This document shows positions 61,771 to 64,000 of a stretch of DNA of 64,000 nt, one piece after another. Origin of the DNA: Magallana gigas (taxonomy: Eukaryota). The notes under the pieces were generated by a model. It was not told where the DNA came from. It did not search any database and saw only the letters and a program-made list of their open reading frames with translations. The stretch lies in NCBI RefSeq assembly GCF_963853765.1, contig NC_088855.1, positions 36,466,205-36,530,204 on the forward strand, read 5' to 3'. A program made the translations under genes and the position numbers. The stretch's first letter is position 1; every line of letters begins with the position of its first letter.

Positions 61771-63662
61771 GTAAGCTTATTTTTATCTTCATTCAACTCT
61801 TGTAGGGGATCAAGTTTTACACCCTCCCTTTGAATTCTGGAAATTTCTAAAGATTAAGGTATTAACATCTTAATCCTTTGAAGCCCCCTCTTTCCCGCTT
61901 TTTTAAAAATCATATCTGCAATCAATTTCAACGTTTATTATTGGAATATGTAGTTATTTCTGTTTAGTTGTTAGCCTGCTTTTGAAGTTACAAGCACATG
62001 CATTCCGGTTTTTAATGAAAGTGTTCAATGGATTCTTTTTTTTCAAGAGGATTTCTGTATTCAATGAATTGTTCTCATTATTTTATTTTTATTGCACAGG
62101 AAAAGTGTTATCTATGTTACTACCCCATATCCAATGTTTGGGAGGAGTACGCCTTTCTTGATTTATGAGGAAAAACATGCGAAATCCATAATATAGTCCG
62201 GAAGTTACTTTATATGTGCAAGGGAAACCATGTTTTAAGTTGTGTGTAACGTTCACTTTTATCGTTGCGTAATTGTTTTCATAGTAATGACGTATGAGGG
62301 ATGTAGTAACGAGACATTTTAGAAGATTTATGTGGTATCATATTCGACAGGCCACTACTCTGTATTGAGAAACCATACATTCTCTAGTAAACTCGATTTA
62401 ACTGAGTAATTGTTCTTGTATTGATGAGAGCATTATAAATTTGGAAAAGAAAGGACTGTCGTAAATCTAGCAGTTAAAGGGAGGGAAAAAATAGACATTG
62501 ATCCAAAATATCCTTAGTCCTATTTTCCTCCCACATCCAGGGGGAGTAAATATATATGAATCGATTCTGTGTATTTGTAAAGAAAAAAGACCCTGGGCGG
62601 AAATTGCTAACCTTTTAGAAACGTGGAATATCGCAAAGTGTACAAATAAATTCTGAATGAAACGGCAGTGCCGGGGCAAAAATCTCTACGATGTGTTAAT
62701 TGATTAGTCATTTAGATATTCCAAGACAATATTTAAAATTTTCTTTATGAACAATTGAACTCTCCCTTTATTATTTTCTATTGATATTTCTTATTCATGT
62801 TTGTTCGTTTAGAGTTGAAAGTTAAACATTCATACTCTTATCACTTGTCACCAAATAAAATCAGGTGAAAAAGAAATGCGCGTTTAGTACACAAACTTTT
62901 TTTTAAATTCATTGAAAATTTGGCGCATGACGCAGGGTTTAAAGATAGACTTGTATATATACACTATTTCAAATGTATGAATGGGGAAGAGGGACAGTTT
63001 AAAATATTCGTTTAATGTTCCGATAAGCTTAAGTGAGACAATCTAATAACTCAAAAAACTAAATCACTCCGAATTACCGACAAACAAGTAATTACAACAA
63101 ATTGGAGGCGTGATCCGGTTCACTGAAGCCAATCCAAATTCGTCTTGGGCCGAGGGGGCGGAGCTAACTCAGTGAGGCTTGGGGGTTAATAGGAGACAAA
63201 TGGTTTCTCTTGCGTGTCGCCGATAGGTTCATTCATATGATATCAATTCGTACTGGCTACAACAACTGAGATAATTGTCAGTCTAAATTATCATAACTTA
63301 TTGATAATAGTGTGGGATTTATAAATAAGGAGAAGTTTTTTGGGAGTTTGTCCATAACATCCAACACACGTGGAAAAGGAGGAGGAAGTTTTCTCACTTT
63401 CAACATTTTTATTCTTGATCGACTTTATGGAATGTATAAGAATCGGTTTGTCATATTCCTGAGAAACTATAGATGGATGAACATACAATGATGAGAACTG
63501 GTCCTAGTTAAAGAATTTACTTCAAAGAAAATTATACAGTGAGAAACTTTACACTCGAACTACAGGAATTATACTGGATATTTCATAAGGACAAGGTTCC
63601 ATACCAAGATTACTTCAGTAAAACCGTCAAGTATAATTGAAGAGGTGTTGTGTTATTAAAGA

Positions 63663-63748
63663 ATGAATCGACTGGACTTACTGTCACTTCTCCTGGGAGT
63701 TTACGTACTTTTATACCTGACGTCTGTTGCCGACAGTATTAAATGGCT
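63663..63748 (+). CDS. Candidate signal-peptide first exon (MNRLDLLSLLLGVYVLLYLTSVADSIKW...), ending at a GTAAGT donor; the gene probably continues beyond the window
   Basis: ATG, then a hydrophobic core 'LLSLLLGVYVLLYL' with a predicted cleavage context 'VAD-S', then 'CT|gtaagt' at 63749. A GC-box-like 'gggccgagggggcggagc' lies about 500 bp upstream (63140-63160). Confidence 0.25.
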
Positions 63749-64000
63749 GTAAGTATATTTCTTTGACTACAGATAATTCAAAAAACATCTTCCGATTCAG
63801 AATTTTTTTCCCGTTGGAGTCATTGGGTTGTTGGTTAATCCGGAAACTATTTTCTGTGTATTGTTTGATGGCAAATAATGCCAAAAAGTTTCTGGGGCTG
63901 TTGTCATAGACAATTATGTAAGCCATGCTGACAAGTCTCGTGCCCTGTCTAGTTAGCGGTACAGATGCTGCGTTATCACACGTGATTTGACAGCTGAATC

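Overview
Eukaryotic, AT-rich (about 35% GC) genomic DNA with spliceosomal introns, microsatellites and a dense mosaic of decayed transposable elements. Inferred to be from a lophotrochozoan or bivalve-type genome because several elements resemble the 'pearl'-type MITEs that carry internal satellite repeats. No prokaryotic features, rRNA, tRNA or CRISPR were recognised.

Two genes are clearly supported and conserved. An intronless DPH4/DNAJC24 homolog (J-domain plus CSL zinc finger) lies on the minus strand at 40613-41053. An 8-exon TMX2-like thioredoxin-related transmembrane protein gene lies on the plus strand at 41369-45922. They are arranged head-to-head with 315 bp between their start codons, which suggests a bidirectional promoter. 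In the TMX2 homolog the catalytic SNDC motif reads SPQS, so no cysteine remains.

A lysine-rich multi-exon gene is reconstructed on the minus strand at 32667-34718. Two isolated candidate first exons sit near the window end.

The rest is transposon debris:
- a gypsy-type integrase remnant (1441-2670);
- a gag-only element bounded by 247-bp direct repeats (13732-16482), whose right repeat carries a nested 802-bp MITE with TTAA target-site duplication; the intact left repeat provides the empty site;
- a hAT-like non-autonomous element;
- a Tc1-like transposase remnant with an internal 280-bp tandem duplication;
- a LINE RT fragment;
- a large minus-strand gypsy-like gag-PR-RT element (22700-28307), disrupted by a pearl-like MITE and a 980-bp tandem duplication;
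- a 3.66-kb TIR-bounded composite element with nested MITEs;
- a 1.16-kb foldback element with GCGAAG-hexamer arms and a poly-C tandem core;
- several small MITEs and foldbacks;
- long (GA)n and (CT)n microsatellites and a 31-bp minisatellite.

G/C homopolymer runs of 12 nt or more, and TGACGTCA palindromes, are unusually frequent.
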